A stretch of 64,000 nt of DNA from Phyllosticta citribraziliensis (taxonomy: Eukaryota). The notes beneath the pieces are model-generated. The model saw nothing but the letters and a program-made list of their open reading frames with translations, was not told where the DNA came from and searched no databases. The stretch lies in the NCBI RefSeq assembly GCF_038025025.1, contig NW_027117340.1, forward strand, positions 2,418,001 to 2,482,000, read 5' to 3'. Within the stretch, counting starts at the first letter, position 1. Each line of letters begins with the position of its first letter. Positions 49,893-62,626 of this stretch are shown piece by piece. A program made the position numbers and the translations under genes.

Positions 49893-51286
49893 CGTATATA
49901 AAATAAGGCTTAGATAAAGTCTATAGCTTAGTTAGGGCCTTAGTGGCTGTAGGTATTATATATAAACTAGAAGATTTCCTTCTTATAGGCTAGAGGGATA
50001 TATAGGTATTCCCTATTCTTCTTAGTATAGTTAATAAAGTAGATAAGCCTATAGTATAGGATAAATTATAGTCCTAGAATAGGATTATCCTTACTAGGGT
50101 ATATCTCTATACTCTATAGCTATCCCCTATTACTTACTTCTTCTTAAGGGGCCTTTACTAGTAAGTTACTTCTCTTAGATATATTTACCCTAGTTAAGGC
50201 TAGTATATCTACCTTAGTTAATATAGGTATATCTACCCTAGTTCTATCTTAGGTTACCTTAGTAGGCTGGCTTTTAAACTACCTTTCTAGGGCTATAGCT
50301 TATTTAAGTACTTATAATATATAAGCCTACTATAGATCTACTATATAGCCTTTCTATACTTTATTCTTAAAAGTATTAGTTATCTCTACTAATATAATAT
50401 AGAAGTAGCTTATAGCCTTAGTAGAATTAGGGTTATATATTACTATAAACTATATAGGATCTATATTATCTAGGAATTCTACCTTATCTATAATATCCCT
50501 ATTATTATAGCTAGCTTTTAAAGGTAACTAGCTTAGGGTATCTAATATAATATAATTCTATCTAGGGTGGTACTTTATAGTTAAAGGAAATTATAAGAGA
50601 TACTATAATACCTATATTAGGTATAGATTTAATTACTTATTAGATTAAGAAGTAGTAAAAGTCTTCTACTATATTAGTACTATTACTATAGTATAGTCTA
50701 TAAAAAGTATTATATAGGCTACTAATTATACTAGAGTATATAGTTTCTTAACTACCTAGTATACCCTAGTTATCTTAAGTTTAGTAATCTAGTACTATAT
50801 TTCTATATTAGATAGCTATTATAAAAGGAATATAATTAGCTTAATTAATTAATATAGGAAGTCCTTTACCTATTTTAGCTATAGGGGTAGTTTCTCCTTA
50901 TTAGTATTAGCTATTATAACCTTTAGTTACTAGTCTTCTATTTCTAGCTTAGGGTCTTTAGTAATATAGTATACTATAACTCTAAATCCTAACTTCTTTA
51001 AAGTATCTATATTAATATATAGTAGTTATAATAGATTATAGTAAAACCTCTAATATATCTTATAAAGTATATTATATATTATATTAAATACTACTATTAG
51101 TAATAGCTCTAGTAGTATTAGTTTAGCTACTATAAAGTATCTCCTTACTTACTTACCTTCTAGGGCTTTCTATAGATATAATATTTTAATTACCTCTAGG
51201 GGCTTAGCTAGTTAGGTATAGTAGGGGAAATTATCTTATAGCTATCCTATTAAACTAATAAATATCTTAAGTTCCTATAGTATATA

Positions 51287-51709
51287 TGTCACGACTTGCA
51301 GATTTCTCATTATGCAGGTAAGGGCTAAAGGCAAACTACTAGAGAATGCGTATATATCTTAATTAAATATAATAAGTTAAAAGAATAAAATATAAAAGAT
51401 ACTTACTACCTATATATTTCCTGGTCCTTCCTTTATACTATTCTACCTCTTATCCTTTATATAAGGGTCCTTAGTTATTATTAGGTAAGTTATAAAGGTG
51501 AGGTATTAATAGGCTGTTATATGGTATCTACCTAGGGCCGCAGTAGCTAGTACCAGGCTACAGTAGCTAGTACTAGCCTATAGGTTTTAGCCTAAGCTAT
51601 AGCAGGCTACTACCTAAGGTAAGGCTTATACTTCCTATAACTATATAACGCTGGGTTCATCTATGCTGGCCCTAGTACTTATATAGGCGCATATACGCCT
51701 ATCATAACA
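51287..51709 (-). repeat. Gypsy-B 3' LTR (423 bp)
   Basis: Termini TGTCACGAC...ATCATAACA, followed on plus by TGCCCCCCCTAAAGAGAAG (polypurine tract on minus). Matches 58660-59082. Confidence 0.95.
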
Positions 51710-54700
51710 TGCCCCCCCTAAAGAGAAGCTAAAATTATAGGAATTAGTAGCTATAGGCGCTTATATAGGTACAGACTTATAATATATAACAGTAGTAATT
51801 TAGTAATTTAAGTATTCTATACAGTTATAAAGTATAATTATTAGTCTAGGTCTACTACTATACCATCTCTTTCTATTACCATCTCTTTTACTACGCGACC
51901 TATAGAAGGTTGCCATCTTACTTAGCTATATCTAAAGCTCCCTATTAAAGTACATTATTACCCTAGTCTAATTTAGCTATAATCTGGTAAACTAACTATT
52001 ACGCATAAAGGTTCTAATAATTTAAATAATTTATACCCTACTAATAGTAAAGCAGACATTTCTAGCCACTATATACTTAATATATCTACTACTTATTATA
52101 GTCTAGTCCATCAGGACTCATTACTATTATATAAGAGTTACAGCATTAAGTCATTATTATACAGCATTATTTATAATCTATCACAGTCACTACTCACTTA
52201 GAGAGCTATTTTAGCTAGCAGTATCTATAAGGACCATTATATAGAGTTCTAAGATAAGTAAACTTTAATTCTATCTCTTTAAACTATTACTAATTATTAT
52301 CCAGGCCATTAAGTAGTATTATATATCTAGGTTTTACTACTTTATCATCCCATCTTACTAACTAATATAATTATAGAGGAGGATACTTATATAAAGACTT
52401 AGTTAGGCCAGGCTTTACTTATTCAGCTAGGAATAGCTATAGGCTTATCACTTTACCTACAGCATACTACAGTATTAGGTTCTACTTAATTAGTATTATT
52501 AGTTATTATATAAGGTTCATCATCTATAGCTACATAGCCTACTACTAACCAGCACATTACACCACATTACTACTAGTTCGCTGTTACACAGCCTATTTCA
52601 GAGGAAGAAGGTAAAGAGCCTACTTATATATACTATTATTATAATCCTACAGCTCATCAGGTTCCAGCAGCTAAGTACTTACTACCTACTACTTTATATA
52701 ATAGTAGTAATAGTAAGATTCACATTACTACATCACCAGTTAGCTCTAATAAGGCGCCTATTAAGTAGGACTTTAAGTTAATACTTTATATTCCTTATAA
52801 GAATATAGAGAGTGTTATATAAGTAAGTTTATCTTACTAATATAAGAGATTCTTATCTAACTAACTATATAGGTATACCTTAGTAGTTCTAAAGCGCAAG
52901 AGCGCGCTAAACACATCTTGGCCTTAGGTAATAGCATACCTTACTCACATATTATAGTTTCTACTTAGTAATTTAACTACTTATTAGTTAAAACTTAAGC
53001 CAGCTTACACGATGCTTTTCTTATCTAGTACACTAGAATTAATAACCCTATCAGCTATACTAAGTATTATAATAACACTAATACTTATATATTTATTAGT
53101 TATTACTACCTATCTAGTTTCTTATAGGGCCGCTGCGCCAACTGCCTTTAGGGTATAGGCAACTTAGACTATACTATTAGTAACTTAAAGGGTACCAAGC
53201 CACCTACTTATTATAAGAGGCATAAAGATGAAATTTATATAGAGGAGTTCTAGAACTTATACTATTAAGCCAGGGTAGAGGATTAAACTAATTAGGCTTT
53301 AGCTAAGTAGGACATCCTACCTAATAAGCTAGAGGATCTAGAGGAGACTATCTTATATAATAATAGTTATAATAAGAAGAAGGGAAAAGGAAGGAAGTAA
53401 AGAAAGGAATAGTAGGAAATAAGTAATAAAAAGGAGAGACTAGAGAGTAGAAGTTAAGATTAATAGTATTTATATAAGAGTAGATTAAGGATATAGGAGG
53501 GTCCTTCTATTCCTATAATCTTAAAAGGTCTAGTATTAGGAAAGTCTAATTTAAGGTTTAGCTAATTAGTAGACCATCCTGTTTTCTTAATATAGATATA
53601 ATCTCTAACTATAAAGTCTAGCGCATGATGGTATTTATTGGCTTGTTAGCGCATATACTCTTAGGATTTAAGAATAAGATTCTTTATAAATTTAAAAGCT
53701 TCTTATCTTCTCTTTTATAGTATTTATACTACTATGCAAGCTATTTTCTCTAGTTACTAGGGGGTTTTAGTTCTTTATCACTAGTTATAGTATAATTAAG
53801 GGGAATATCCTAACTCAATCTTAAAAGGTAAAAGTCTAGTAGCTTTATAGAGAAGTATTACTTATATAAGGTCTATTAATAGTAGAAGATCAGACTAATT
53901 ATTTTAAAAGTAATTAATAAAAGGTCTTAATCTTTATATAAGATGCTGATTAATAATCTCTATAATACTATTAGTTTAAGAGTAGTAGGATAAATTAAAA
54001 TACTACTCTATACTAGTCAGCTTATACAGTTTATTTATAAATACTAAGATAAACTAAGGGCCTTAGTTAGATAGGATAGACTTAGGGTTTCTATAAATAT
54101 AGTAGATATATTTATAAAAGAGCCTAGAGACTCCTTTAGTATTAATCTTTTTTATATAAGGTAAACTAAAGGTTCTTCAACTTAACCAGTCTATAATAAC
54201 TAGGATTACATTATAGCCCTTTTAGTCTTTAGGCATCTCTTTAAAATCTATAGCTAAGTATTACTAGGGTCAAGTAGGAATCTCTAGGGGTTATAGAAGG
54301 CCTAGGTCTTTATTATAAAACTCTTTTATTTAGTAGTAAATATGGCATCCTCACCTATAAATATTAATTATACAATTTATAGCTAGCTAATAGTAATATT
54401 ACTTAAGGAGTTTTCGCATCTTTATAATACTAGAATAGGCGGTTATATAGGTAGTATATAAAGTGTTAAGTATTCTTATATGGAGGTTGTTGCGATCTGG
54501 TATAAAGAGTATACTATATTATAGTAAAAGACCATCTTTTAGTTCCTAACTATTTCTTTATTTAAGGTCCTTTAAGAGGGCTTTCTATCTCTAGAGTTCT
54601 AATTTAGAATCTTCCTAGTTTATATAGAGGAGTTTATCTAAAAATAATACTAGAAGAGGAAGTTCTTATTCTAAAATAGAAAGAGGGATAATAGTCTCTA

Positions 54701-57700
54701 GTAGGATAAGGCATATCTCTTATATAGCCCTTACTTTTTCTTTTTAAGTCTTCAGGTCTTCTTATTTTTAAGTAAGGTAATTAGCAATAATATTTTCCTT
54801 TCCTAGTTAATAGGAGAATTATATATAGAACTCTATAAAAAACTTAGACCATCTAGCTTATTATTAATTAAGTTGTCATTTAGTAGAGTAGTACTCTAAT
54901 ACCTAATAGTCTATAATTATAAGAAAAGGTTTTTTAAGGCTAATAAGTATTAGTCTCTATTCTTCTAGTTTATTCTTAATAGCTAGCAGTTCTTTATCTA
55001 AAATTCTATAATGAAGTTCTGCGTCCGCCATTGCCTTAGAGTAGAATACTACTAGTTTCTAATTATATAAAGGTTGCTAGAGCTACATTAAAATGCTAGC
55101 AGTAACTCTATTACTTATATTAGTCTCTATATAAGTGTTAAGAGTAGGGTTATAATTAGCTAGAAGTATATTACTATATATTAGCTTCTTAAGTCATTAA
55201 ATTACCTCTTCTTCTAGGGGTCCTAGTTATTACTATTTTGCCTTAGAGTATAGTTTCTCTAATAGCTAGCTAATTTATCTATAGTTAGGGAGAAATTATT
55301 AGTAGAAATTATAGAAACCTAGGAAGGATTAAAGAGCCTTAAGGGTTTTAGGTATTAGCTAGTTTTATATAGGTTCTACCTTATCTAGGTCTATTTAAAT
55401 GCCTTCTATAGAAACGATGTATCTAAGGAACTTTATATAAGTAACTAAAAACTTACTCTTCTTTAAATCCACCTATAGTCCCGCCTTTTATAGTCTTACT
55501 AGTACTTTTTTTACTTATTCCTCATACTCCGCAGGGTTTTTAGAGATAATAAGCATGTCATCTATAAAAGCTATAATAAAATTGTCTAAATACTTAAAGA
55601 GAACCTAGTTAATAAAATATTAAAAGGCTGCCAGTCTATTGCTTAATCTAAAAGGTAAGACACAGTATTTAAATAACCTATATCTTATATAGAAAGTGGT
55701 TTTATCTTCAGAATCCTTAGTAAGATAGATATAGTAAAAAGCTTATTAAATATCAAGCTTAGTATAAATCTTGCCCTTTCTAACGCGCTAAAGCAACTCT
55801 ATAATAAGAGGGAGGGGGTATAAATCCTTAGTAGTTTATTTATTAAGCTATTAGTAGTCTATATAAAATCTCTATCCCCTACCAGGCTTTTTCACTACTA
55901 GAATAGGAGAAGCGTAGGTAGTAAAGCTTTTAATAATAAAGCCTTTCTAAATATTCTTAATAATATACTCTTTTACAGCCTTAAGCTGTTCTAGAGACAT
56001 TCTATAGAGAGGGCTAGGTAGAAGCTCTAGTAGACCATTATATATAAGAGATATTTTATAATTAACTCCTACATAATATAGTAGTAGCTCATTAGACTCT
56101 ATTTTAGAAAACATATCTTGAAATTCCTTATAAGCAGCTAGTAGCTTAGAAGCTAATAATTCCTTAGTTTCTTTATCTTTAAGAGCCGCTTAAACTTATA
56201 TAAGGTTAATAGCATAGATCTCTATTAGTGTAACTTATATTTTATAGATAGAAAGCTTAAAAGTATCTTAAGTTTAAAATTCAATTCCCTTAATAACCTA
56301 TACTAAGGGAAGAAGGCGTTTATTAAAGTTTTTATCTCTATAGTCTATATCTACTTAATATTCTTTCTATAGTTTATTGCTTTACACAGAGACTTTTAGT
56401 AGGTATAAAAGATACTAAAAGGATTAGTTAACTAGTAGCTATCTCTAGACTAGTTTACATTATTTATAGTCTAGAAGAACATTATACTAGTTAAAAAACT
56501 ATTACCTAAGAATCATGTTATTACAGCTAATATCATAAATAAAAGCATAAGTAGAAACCATTTAATCCTAGAAGCAGAGTTAAAGATAAAAGTAAAAATT
56601 AACTTTCTTATTTATATATTAGTTAAACCTAGTAATATTAAGCCCTTTACCTATTATTCTCTTTTTTATAGTACCTATAGACTAGAGAGTTAGTAGTAGC
56701 TTAGGGTAAATAAAACTCATACTACTAGCACCAGTATCAGCTAGGGCACGAATTTCTAAGGCGCGGCTATTAGATATAATTAAGGTTTATATAGTAAAGG
56801 GTACACCTCTAATAAAGTAACTAAGATTTATATAAGAACCCTCAATATATATTACTCTAAGTTTAGACCTATAGCAGGAGACTTTACCTAGGTCTTATTA
56901 TTTTCTAATAAAGACTAATCTCCTTTATTTATATAGATATCTTTAGTACTTTCTTCTTTAACCAACTCTATTACCTTTATCTCTAGTTATAGGTATTATC
57001 TCTATAAATAGCCAAACTAGCCGTAGCAATTATACAGTTTAATCTCTATATAGACTTCTACTTTACCTTTATAGGTTATATTATATAAGGGAGCCCTAGA
57101 TATAGATCACACCTAGGTACAACTAGAAGATAAAGCACTTATACCACCTAAGGTAGTTATCTTTACTTATTCTTATTATCTCTTCTTTACTCATTCCTCG
57201 CGCGATATAAGCGTTGGTTTTCTATAGTTAGAATAGTAGTTACTAAGACTTTAAGCAATAGGGTAGGCTCATTAAAGGTACTTATAAAAGTTAACATCTT
57301 TATCTTACTCTATAGTAACTATATAGGTTTAAAGGAGAGGATCTATTATATTATAAAAGTCCTCTTTCTACTATTCTTAGGGAAGATCTACATCTAAGGC
57401 CAATTATATAAAGTTTAATTAAAACTTCTAAAGGTCTATAGAAATACAGTATATAAGAGAGTATAACTACTTCTTTATATCCTTATATTTATATAGACTC
57501 TAGAGGAGGTTATCTAGGAATTTAAAGATATCCTTATCTAGAGTGACTTTATTAGCCTTTATATAAGAAGTAAGGAAAGGAGTCAGGTAATATAAGACTT
57601 CTCTACTAATATAGGAAATAATATAACCTGTAATATTCTATTTAGTCTCCTCTACTATATCTTTAGTAAAGTAATCGTGGTTTTATTTAATTTTATTTTA

Positions 57701-58659
57701 TATAAGGAGGGTCTAGTATTTATATAAGGGGTCTTCTCTATTAGTAAGAAGAGGAGGATTAGGAACCTTACTACTTTAGTATTTCTTACTACTTAAAGAT
57801 AAAGTAGAGGTTTTAGTAGTAGTTTCCCTTATATAGGTTAGAGGAGGTCTAAGAGTCCTTATTACTCTACTAGTAGAAGGATCTTAAGAGAGGGTAATAG
57901 GTCTTAGGTACTAAGCTAATAGAGAGGGCCTAATATATCCTTCTCTTAAGGCTTCCCTTAGTCTATTAGTATAGTTTAAGAGTATTTACTTAAGAGCCTA
58001 GTTCTGCCTTTATGCGCGGTTTAGTTACTGCTATACTTAAGACTTATTTAAGGATGTAATCTTAGATTTAAATTAATTAATATCTAAGTGTAGTACCTTT
58101 ATAAACGCCTCTATAATAAGAGCTTAAATAGTATAAGTTGACCCTAGGTCTTAGGTATATTCTTTTACCTCTACCACTAGGACTAAGTAGAAATTATATA
58201 GGAGAATAGGGGTAGGTCCTCTCTTATTATTATTTAATAAGTATCTAGTATTATATAAATCTTTAGTTCCTTCGCGCGAATCTTATTAGGTTAATTAACT
58301 AGTACTAATACCTTTAGTAGTACTAGATATATTAGCTTTATTCTTAGCTATACTGTCTTTATAGTCTTCTACTTAGAATATCCCTTAAGCAGGTTATAGA
58401 TAGGACACCTCCTAAATATTTACATACTACCCTATAGCCTTAACTAAAGACTTCTATAGTTAATATATACTTAATACTCCTTAGTCCTTAAATAACACTG
58501 ATGCGCCTAATAAAGATAACTTAGGTTTACTAAGGAAAAGTAATAAGTAGTCTTATATAAGACTATAGCTATATATAATGTTACTTAGGTCAAATATTAT
58601 AACACCTTTATAGGTGAAGAAGTAGGATAGAGCTAAAACTTAGAATGATCTTTTATATC

Positions 58660-59082
58660 TATTATGACTTATAGATTTCTTATTATATAGGTAAGGGCTA
58701 AAGGTAAACTACTAGAGAATGTATATATATCTTAATTAAATATAATAAGTTAAAAGAATAAAATATAAAAGATACTTACTACCTATATATTTCCTAGTCC
58801 TTTCTTTATACTATTCTACCTCTTATCCTTTATATAAGGGTCCTTAGTTATTATTAGGTAAGTTATAAAGGTGAGGTGTTAATAGGCTGTTATATAGTAT
58901 CTACCTAGGGCTGTAGTAGCTAGTACTAGGCTGTAGTAGCTAGTGCTAGCCTATAGGTTTTAGCCTAAGCTATAGCAGGCTACTACCTAAGGTGAGGCTC
59001 GTGCTTCCTATAACTACGCAACACTAGGTTCATCCGTGCTGGCCCTGGTACTTATATAGGCGCGTGTACGCCTATTATAATA
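58660..59082 (-). repeat. Gypsy-B 5' LTR (423 bp)
   Basis: TATTATGACT...ATTATAATA is the RIP version of the 51287 LTR termini; colinear along its length. Confidence 0.95.
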
Positions 59083-62000
59083 ATATAAGGGAAAACCATA
59101 TCCTTAAGGGCCTAGATCTTAATATTAGAGGTAGTAATTCCTAGCTCTAATACCTATTAGCCCCTTCTTATAGGCTAGAGGGATATATAGGCATTCCCTA
59201 TTCTTCTTAGTATAGTTAATAAAGTAGATAAGCCTATAGTATAGGATAAATTATAGTCCTAGGATAGGATTATCCTTACTAGGGTATATCTCTATACTTT
59301 ATAGCTATCCCCTATTACTTACTTCTTCTTAAGGGGCCTCTACTAGTAAGTCACTTCCCTTAGGTATATTTACCCTAGTTAAGGCTAGTATATCTACCTT
59401 AGTTAATATAGGTATATCTACTCTAGTTCTATCTTAGGTTACCCTAGTAGGCTAGCTTTTAAACTACCTCTCTAAGGCTATAGCTTATTTAAGTACTTAT
59501 AATATATAAGCCTATTATAGATCTACTATATAGCCTTCCTATACTTTATTCTTAAAAGTATTAGTTATCTCTACTAATATAATATAGAAGTAGCTTATAG
59601 CCCTAGTAGGATTAGAGTTATATATTACTATAAACTATATAGGATCTATATTATCTAGGAATTCTACCTTATCTATAATATCCCTATTATTATAGCTAGC
59701 TTTTAAAGGTAACTAGCTTAGGGTATCTAATATAATATAATTCTATCTAGGGTAGTACTTTATAGTTAAAGGAAATTATAAGAGATACTATAATATCTAT
59801 ATTAGGTATAGATTTAATTACTTATTAGATTAAGAAGTAGTAAAAGTCTTCTACTATACTAGTACTATTACTATAGTATAGTCTATAAAAAGTATTATAT
59901 AGGCTACTAATTATACTAGAGTATATAGTTTCTTAACTACCTAGTATACCCTAGTTATCTTAAGTTTAGTAATCTAGTACTATATTTCTATATTAGATAG
60001 CTATTATAAAAGGAATATAATTAGCTTAATTAATTAATATAGGAAGTCCTTTACCTATTTTAGCTATAGGGATAGTTTCTCCTTATTAGTATTAGCTACT
60101 ATAACCTTTAATTACTAGTCTTTTATTTCTAGCTTAGGGTCTCTAGTAATATAGTATACTATAACTCTAAATCCTAACTCCTTTAAAGTATCTATATTAA
60201 TATATAGTAGTTATAATAGATTATAGTAAAACCTCTAATATATCTTATAAAGTATATTATATATTATATTAAATACTACTATTAGTAATAGCTCTAGTAG
60301 TATTAGCTTAGCTACTATAAAGTATCTCCTTACTTACTTACCTTCTAGGGCTTTTTATAGATATAATATCTTAATTACCTCTAGGGGCTTAGCTAGTTAG
60401 GTATAGTAAGGGTAATTATCTTATAGCTATCCTATTAGACTAATAAATATCTTAAGTTCCTATAGTATATAAGGGAAAACTATATCCTTAAGGGCCTAGA
60501 TCTTAGTATTAGAGGTGGCAATTCCTAGCCCTAATACCTATTAGCCTAGGAGTATAATTAATAGGTATCCCAGATAGGTTTTCTTAGTAGATAGGCTTAT
60601 ATTAACCTAGTCTAATATAGTAAAGATAGCCTCTAAGTACTAGATATACTTATCTAGTAATTATAAGAAGATAATAATATTATTAATATAGGGGTATATA
60701 AAGGCCTAGCAATCCTAGAGTAATATATCACATTATTACTATATATATTAAATACTATTACAGTAGCCTATAAGAGTAATATTACTTTATTCTACTCTAT
60801 AATAGGTAAGTATTACTAGCTTATAGTAGTCCTCTATATATACTCTCTATTAGTAGAAGAATACTATTATATTAACTACTAAAATAAAGAGGTACCCTTA
60901 GATTTCTAAAATAATATTAGATACTAGTAGTAGAGGGTAACTATCCTTCTCTATAATAGTATTTAGTATATAAATATTAATAATAATATAACCCTTCTAT
61001 TTAAGCTCCCTATTCTTACTAGGGACCTATCTCTATACTATAAAGACTAGGAACCCTAGACTTATATTACCCTATACCTATTTAGCCTTACCTTACTTAT
61101 ATATAGGGTTAAGGGTATTATCTTAGAATTCTTTATCTTATTATAAGGCTATATATAGTTATATCTATTAGAATTTATCTCTTTAATCTAGAACTAGTAG
61201 AATATATATCTACTCCTCTTTAGGAACCTTAATAAACCCCTTTTAATTAGTAAACAGGTCCTTAAATTAGTCTATAAGGGCTTAGTAATATTCCCTAGTC
61301 TTAAAAGGGCTAAAGGTTAGGATACTATTATCTAGCCTTCCTTCTTCTATTATTAGAAGTAATAGGTTTAGGGCTACTAGGCTATAGTCTCTATTAGTAA
61401 GCTAGTAGCTTATATTAAACTCTACTACTACTAGACTACCTAATCACAAGTTCTTTAAGATAGTTAGGGTCTAGTTAGAGTTATTTTATATAATAATCTA
61501 TATTATATTAGTATTTACTATAATAGAATATAGGGATCCTCCTTTCTATAGGAAGGGAATAGGTCTTATACTATAGTTAGGGTAGAACTTATAGTATTAG
61601 ATTAGTAATATTAGTCTAGGTATATAGATAGGTACTTTTATAGTACTATAGGGTAGTACTATAGTATACTTACTTACTATAATATATTAATATACTAGTA
61701 TTATATATATCTTTATTATTACTAAGATTCTAAAGCCTCCCTTACTAAGGTAGGGCTAAATTACTTAATCCTTTCTAAGGTCTATAATTACTACTTTAGG
61801 ATATAGGAGGTTATTCCCTATTAGTAGTAGGACTAATATATCTTAATTAATAATATATATATAGTAAGGGATATAGGCTATAGCCTTACTATCCTTTATA
61901 TACCCTAGTAGGTAGAGGGGTAGGAGTATATAGTCTATATATAATATTATAGTACTAATACTATTAATTTATATAGGCTTTAGGAGTATAAGGATCTTTA

Positions 62001-62557
62001 TATCTAGTAGTTACTCCTATAAGAAGCCTCTAGTAATTAGTAAGGATAATGCCCTAGTATTAAGATATATAATATCTATAAGTCCTAATATATAGAGCTA
62101 AAAGCTATACTTAAGGGACTAGTAGTAAGGGAATCCTAGTAAGCTATTATCTACTAGTAACCCTAGTAGTACTTATTTAGATGTTAAGATAGGGGGATCC
62201 TTACTAGATAAAGCCTTTTTATTAGTTCCCTTAGTTCTAGGATCTATTATATTTACTATTATAAATAAACTACCTATTAATAGGGTATTACCTTTAGCTT
62301 TACTCCTCTAGTCCTAGTATAGTATAGTATATATAGCTAAGCTAAATAGGAAGAGTAGGCTCTATACTAATATATAGATTACTAGAATAAGTTATAGTTA
62401 AGAAGGGGCTATATATTATTCTATTATATAGCCCTAAGTCCTTTTAGGGACTCTTACTTATTATTAATAGTAGCTATAAATATATCCTTACCCTATATAT
62501 TATAGGTAGCTCTTAAAGATCTATATTAGTAATCTATACCCTATAAATAGTAGTATA

Positions 62558-62626
62558 TGTCACGACTTGTAGATTTCTTATTACGCAGGTAAGGGCTAAA
62601 GGCAAACTGCTAGAGAATATATATAT
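62558..62626 (-). mobile_element. 69-bp end of a further Gypsy-B-family LTR inserted in Gypsy-2, itself interrupted
   Basis: TGTCACGACTTGTAGATTTCTTATTACGCAGGTAAGGGCTAAAGGCAAACTGCTAGAGAAT matches the start of 51287. Confidence 0.9.

Larger units (their letters stand above)
51287..59082 (-). mobile_element. Full-length Ty3/Gypsy LTR retrotransposon 'Gypsy-B' (7796 bp), RIP-inactivated, 5-bp TSD ATATA
   Basis: Paired 423-bp LTRs; TSD at 51282-51286 and 59083-59087; PPT at 51710-51728. Internal motifs: gag CCHC (~56990-57040), protease EIRALADTGASS (~56720-56757), RT YASPILVVKKPG (~55880-55920) and AFIDDMLIIS (~55543-55575), integrase SYH.QTDG (~53965-53995) and KLDFPN.GPFKI (~53517-53557). Confidence 0.95.
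49978..60546. repeat. Tandem duplication, 2 x 1384 bp (copy 1 = 49978-51286 + 59088-59162, split by the Gypsy-B insertion; copy 2 = 59163-60546)
   Basis: CCTTCTTATAGGCTAGAGGGATAT at 49978 and 59163; AGGGAAAAC...TAATACCTATTAGCC at 59088-59162 and 60472-60546. Lengths sum exactly (1309+75=1384). Confidence 0.93.
47600..62557 (-). mobile_element. Ty3/Gypsy chromovirus 'Gypsy-2' pol region, interrupted at 51287-59082 and 62558
   Basis: De-RIP motifs in Gypsy order: protease CLDTGA (~62045-62075), RT VVDATAFFYQWRV (~60845-60880) and YIDDIIIF (~60665-60700), RNase H end HIVPDALSRL (~50525-50560 and ~59710-59745), integrase RLCIP..HD.HSHQG (~49935-50010), chromodomain LQYLVKWRGYGPQH (~47695-47740). 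Confidence 0.88.

Noticed and set aside
51530..51610. Short direct repeats (GCCGCAGTAGCTAGTACCAG-like) resembling a CRISPR/minisatellite array
   Set aside because: Only two to three ~21-bp units without spacers, internal to the LTR.
39700..62000. Scattered TTAGGG/CCCTAA hexamers as telomeric repeats
   Set aside because: Isolated rather than tandem, and expected by-products of RIP.
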